NCBI GenBank assembly: GCA_963845565.1
Contig: CAWJSJ010000005.1
Location: forward strand, 320,001 to 384,000
Reading direction: 5' to 3'
DNA: 64,000 bases
Source: an uncultured Methylomirabilota bacterium
Lineage (GTDB): Bacteria > Methylomirabilota > Methylomirabilia > Methylomirabilales > 2-02-FULL-66-22
How positions within the stretch are numbered: the first letter of the stretch is position 1; every line of letters starts with the position of its first letter. The notes under the pieces were generated by a model. That model made no database searches and had not been told where the DNA came from. It saw only the letters and a program-made list of their open reading frames with translations. The position numbers and the translations under genes were made by a program. Below are positions 61,003 to 64,000 of the stretch, in pieces.

Positions 61003-63009
61003 TCAGTAACACGGCGTGCCGTAGTCCTTGTGCGGGAACCGACTGACGCGGAAGATCGCGGCCGGCTCCCCGTTCGGGTCCAGGCGGATCGTCTGCTCCA
61101 CCCCTTTCCAGAGATGGCGTGTTCCCGTGATCAACTCTTGCACCTGGAAGCGCTCGTCGGCGCCGATCCCGATGGCATCGAGCGGGAGGTGCACCGTGGT
61201 GTGGTGTGGTTCGAAGGGGTCCAGGTTCACCGCCACCAGAACCGTGTTGCCGCCGTCGAAGCTCCGCTTGCCGAACCACAGGACGTCGTCGTGGTCGCTG
61301 GGATAGAAGCGCAGGTTCCGGTATTCGTGGAGCGCCGGGTTTTCCCGGCGGATCGTGTTGATGCGAGCGATGTACTCGTTGAGGTTTCCGGGGGCGTTCC
61401 AGTTTCTCGCCGTGATCTGGTACTTCTCCGAGTTTCGGTATTCCTCGGTTCCTGGGATGGCGTCATTCTCACACAGCTCGTACCCGCTGTAAATCCCGTA
61501 GACGGAGGAGAGGGTGGCGGCGAGGACCAAGCGCATCTTGAAGGCCGGCCGCCCTCCCCGCTGGAGGATGGGCGCCAGGATGTCCGGTGTGTTGGCGAAG
61601 AGGTTCCCGCGAAAATACTCCGCCATGTCGCTTTGGGTGAGCTCGGTGAAGTAGTCGATCAGCTCCTGCTTGAAGTTCCGCCACGTGAAATAGGTGTAGG
61701 ATTGCGTGAATCCCACCTTGGCCAGCGCCTGCATCACCTTCGGCCGCGTGAAGGCCTCGGCAAGGAAGAGAACCTCAGGGTACACCGCTTGGATCTCCGC
61801 GATGACCCAGGCCCAGAACGGTATGGGCTTGGTGTGCGGGTTGTCCACCCGGAAGATCCGGACCCCTTGCTCGATCCAGAACAGCAGAATGCTCTTCGCC
61901 TCCTCCCAGAGCGCCTCGCGGTCCCGGCAGTAGAAGTTGAGCGGGTAAATGTCCTGGTACTTCTTGGGTGGGTTCTCGGCGTACTTGATGGTGCCGTCGG
62001 GCCGGGCATAAAACCACTCCGGATGCTCGCGGACGTAGGGATGGTCGGGAGAGCACTGCAAGGCGTAGTCCAGAGCCACTTCCATCCCGGCCTGCCGCGC
62101 AGTGCGGACGAGCGCGCGGAGGTCTTCGAGCGTTCCCAGGGCGGGCTCCACGGCCTTGTGCCCCCCGTGCTCATTGCCGATGGCCCACGGGGACCCGGGA
62201 TCGTCCGGCCCCGCCGTCAGGCTGTTGTTCTTGCCCTTGCGGAAACTCACGCCGATGGGGTGAATGGGCGGCAGGTAGATCACGTCGAACCCCATGCCGG
62301 CGATGTCCGGCAGTCGGTCGATGCAGTCGCGCAACGTCCCGTGCCGGCTCGGCAGCGGCCCTTGGGATCGGGGGAACATCTCGTACCAGGCGGCGAATCG
62401 GGCCAGAACCCGGTCGGCCACGACCTCCAGCTCCCGATCGTACCGCGTGGAGCCGCTCCGGTCGGGATAGGTCTCGACCAATTCCAGCGTCTCCTCGTCC
62501 AGGAGAATCCGAACCCGCGCGGCGGCGGTGTCCGCTCGTTCGAAATCGGCCAGGCGCGCCTCCAGGCGCTTGCGGTCGGCTCCGGCGGCGCGCGGCAGCG
62601 TGCGCCGGAGGAGCCCCGCCCCCTCCAAGACCTCGCTGGTCACGTCCATACCCGCTGCCAGGCGTTTCTTCACATCCTCGGCCCACGTGCGATAGGGGTC
62701 CGGATAGGCCTCGATGGTGTACAGGTATCGGGTGTTTTCCGTCAGGGGGAATCGGCCGACCCAGCGGTCGTTCCCCAGGGGTTCCATCCGGACCTCGTGC
62801 CAGCCCGGGTCCTTCACTGTGCGGTACTGGAGCACCGCCGCCAGCGCCTCGTGGCCATCGCGCAGGATGTCGGCGGTCACCTCGAAGAGATCTCCCATCT
62901 CGCGCTTGACGGGGAACCGGCCGCCGTCCAGCTCCGGCCGAACATTCCCGATCGAGACCGATCTCACGTCCCCGCGGAGCGAACGGTTCGTTGTCGTCGC
63001 GCCAGGCAT
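61003..63009 (-). CDS. glgE: Alpha-1,4-glucan:maltose-1-phosphate maltosyltransferase
   Basis: WYEMFPRS, PPIHPIG, ENPPKKYQDIYP, FRVDNPHTKP, LAEAFTRP, NTPDIL. Confidence 0.95.
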   Translation of the reverse strand: MPGATTTNRSLRGDVRSVSIGNVRPELDGGRFPVKREMGDLFEVTADILRDGHEALAAVLQYRTVKDPGWHEVRMEPLGNDRWVGRFPLTENTRYLYTIEAYPDPYRTWAEDVKKRLAAGMDVTSEVLEGAGLLRRTLPRAAGADRKRLEARLADFERADTAAARVRILLDEETLELVETYPDRSGSTRYDRELEVVADRVLARFAAWYEMFPRSQGPLPSRHGTLRDCIDRLPDIAGMGFDVIYLPPIHPIGVSFRKGKNNSLTAGPDDPGSPWAIGNEHGGHKAVEPALGTLEDLRALVRTARQAGMEVALDYALQCSPDHPYVREHPEWFYARPDGTIKYAENPPKKYQDIYPLNFYCRDREALWEEAKSILLFWIEQGVRIFRVDNPHTKPIPFWAWVIAEIQAVYPEVLFLAEAFTRPKVMQALAKVGFTQSYTYFTWRNFKQELIDYFTELTQSDMAEYFRGNLFANTPDILAPILQRGGRPAFKMRLVLAATLSSVYGIYSGYELCENDAIPGTEEYRNSEKYQITARNWNAPGNLNEYIARINTIRRENPALHEYRNLRFYPSDHDDVLWFGKRSFDGGNTVLVAVNLDPFEPHHTTVHLPLDAIGIGADERFQVQELITGTRHLWKGVEQTIRLDPNGEPAAIFRVSRFPHKDYGTPCY

Positions 63010-63093
63010 ACCGCGCCACTCCTCTCCCGTGTTACCTACCGTCAACCGGACCAACCCCGCCCCGCCCCGGCTTCGCATCCGCCGTTCCGCGGA

Positions 63094-64000
63094 TCACGGG
63101 GCGGCTTCCATCAGCGCGATCGGGAAATCCGCCAGGACGTCGCGGACGGGAAGGCGTCGGCCCTCGCCCGCGGACGCTTCCATCGCAGCGCCAGTAAACA
63201 GGTCGGTATACGCGCCTGCGGGGAAGTCCCGTGGCACCTCCACCCACGTGTCCTGCCAGGAGTCCGGACCCAGAGGGAACCGCGCTCCGTTATCGGTCAG
63301 AGCCGCGGCCAGTCTGGGCACCACCGTGATGGCGACGCCCGTCGCCCGCCGGCGGGCGAAGGCGACGAGGTGATCGCCGCCGGCTCCCCCCGTCCGCAAT
63401 GGGACGTAGTCCCCCGCCTGGAACAGCTCCGGCGACCGACGTCGGCAGTGAAGGGCTCGATGGATGGCGTACATCTTGACGCGACCATCCTCCCAGTGTG
63501 CCAACAGATCGCGGGTCACGGCGGCCGGACTGCCCGCGGCGATTCGTGCTTGCAGGCCGGTCAAGAGGGCCGCCCGGGCCGAGAAGTCCACCGGCCGTCG
63601 GTTATCCGGATCCACCAGGCTGAAGTCCCAGAGCTCGGTCCCCTGATAGAAGTCCGGGACACCAGGTGCGGTGATCTTCAGCAGGGTCTGCGCCAGGCTG
63701 TTGACCATGCCCAGACGCGCGATGGGAGGATGAAAGGCCACGAAATCCATCAGGAATCGGTTGCCGGGCCCGGGGGCGAGGATCCTGGCCACGAAGCTCT
63801 TGAGGGCCTCGTCGTACGCCTCGTTCGGGTTGATCCAGCTGGTGTTGAGCTTTGCCTCCTTCACCGCCTTGAGCATGTACTGCTCGATCCGCGACGCGAA
63901 GATGACCGCTTCGTCCGGCCCTGAAGGGAGGAGGGGCCAGGCGCCCACCAGCGTCTGGTAGAGGAGGTATTCGTCGTTCCGATCGGGGGCCAGCTGACCC
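63094..64000 (-). CDS. treY: Malto-oligosyltrehalose synthase, 3' part (gene runs off the window)
   Basis: YQTLVGAWP, KAVKEAK..TSW, PGVPDFYQGTELWDFSLVDPDNRRPVD. Confidence 0.93.
   Translation of the reverse strand, partial: GQLAPDRNDEYLLYQTLVGAWPLLPSGPDEAVIFASRIEQYMLKAVKEAKLNTSWINPNEAYDEALKSFVARILAPGPGNRFLMDFVAFHPPIARLGMVNSLAQTLLKITAPGVPDFYQGTELWDFSLVDPDNRRPVDFSARAALLTGLQARIAAGSPAAVTRDLLAHWEDGRVKMYAIHRALHCRRRSPELFQAGDYVPLRTGGAGGDHLVAFARRRATGVAITVVPRLAAALTDNGARFPLGPDSWQDTWVEVPRDFPAGAYTDLFTGAAMEASAGEGRRLPVRDVLADFPIALMEAAP

Noticed and set aside
60850..63924. 1024-aa plus-strand ORF
   Set aside because: Antisense shadow of glgE/treY in GC-rich DNA; no recognisable motifs
1..64000. Selenocysteine/pyrrolysine readthrough (prompted by the SBP56, AOR and MtaA-like genes)
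   Set aside because: The split genes are frameshifts, not in-frame TGA/TAG; no readthrough candidate was seen

Overview
GC-rich bacterial chromosomal window (diderm, judged from an Omp85-like barrel and periplasmic cytochromes; taxon not determinable from sequence alone). No rRNA, tRNA, CRISPR array or transposase was recognised. From left to right: (1) a putative Pho-box-controlled operon with a frameshifted alkaline phosphatase; (2) a Mo/W island: ModE-type regulator, GEGP-motif diheme protein, frameshifted W-dependent aldehyde:ferredoxin oxidoreductase, acylating aldehyde dehydrogenase, GntR, two tandem tupA plus tupBC, Mop and Mrp/ApbC, interspersed with two families of MITE-like repeats; (3) bactofilin, pdhABC, an orphan protein plus Omp85-like barrel, aldo/keto reductase, cupin and speD; (4) a patchy accessory region with gene remnants, a duplicated ~120-nt hairpin-forming non-coding element, a DUF2946/RAPP-type leader peptide, ppgK/ppk2, M23 peptidase, hexaheme cytochrome, PadR/ChrA and secreted Gly-rich/TPR proteins; (5) a sigma54-driven selenium-binding-protein (methanethiol oxidase-like) locus; (6) a GpsA-like/UroD-like gene pair; (7) a treY-glgE-treS-glgM-mak trehalose/alpha-glucan operon whose distal part has a maltokinase-DUF5752 fusion and two glycosyltransferase homologues with degenerate catalytic motifs. 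All family calls come from motif recognition by eye; no database searches were run.
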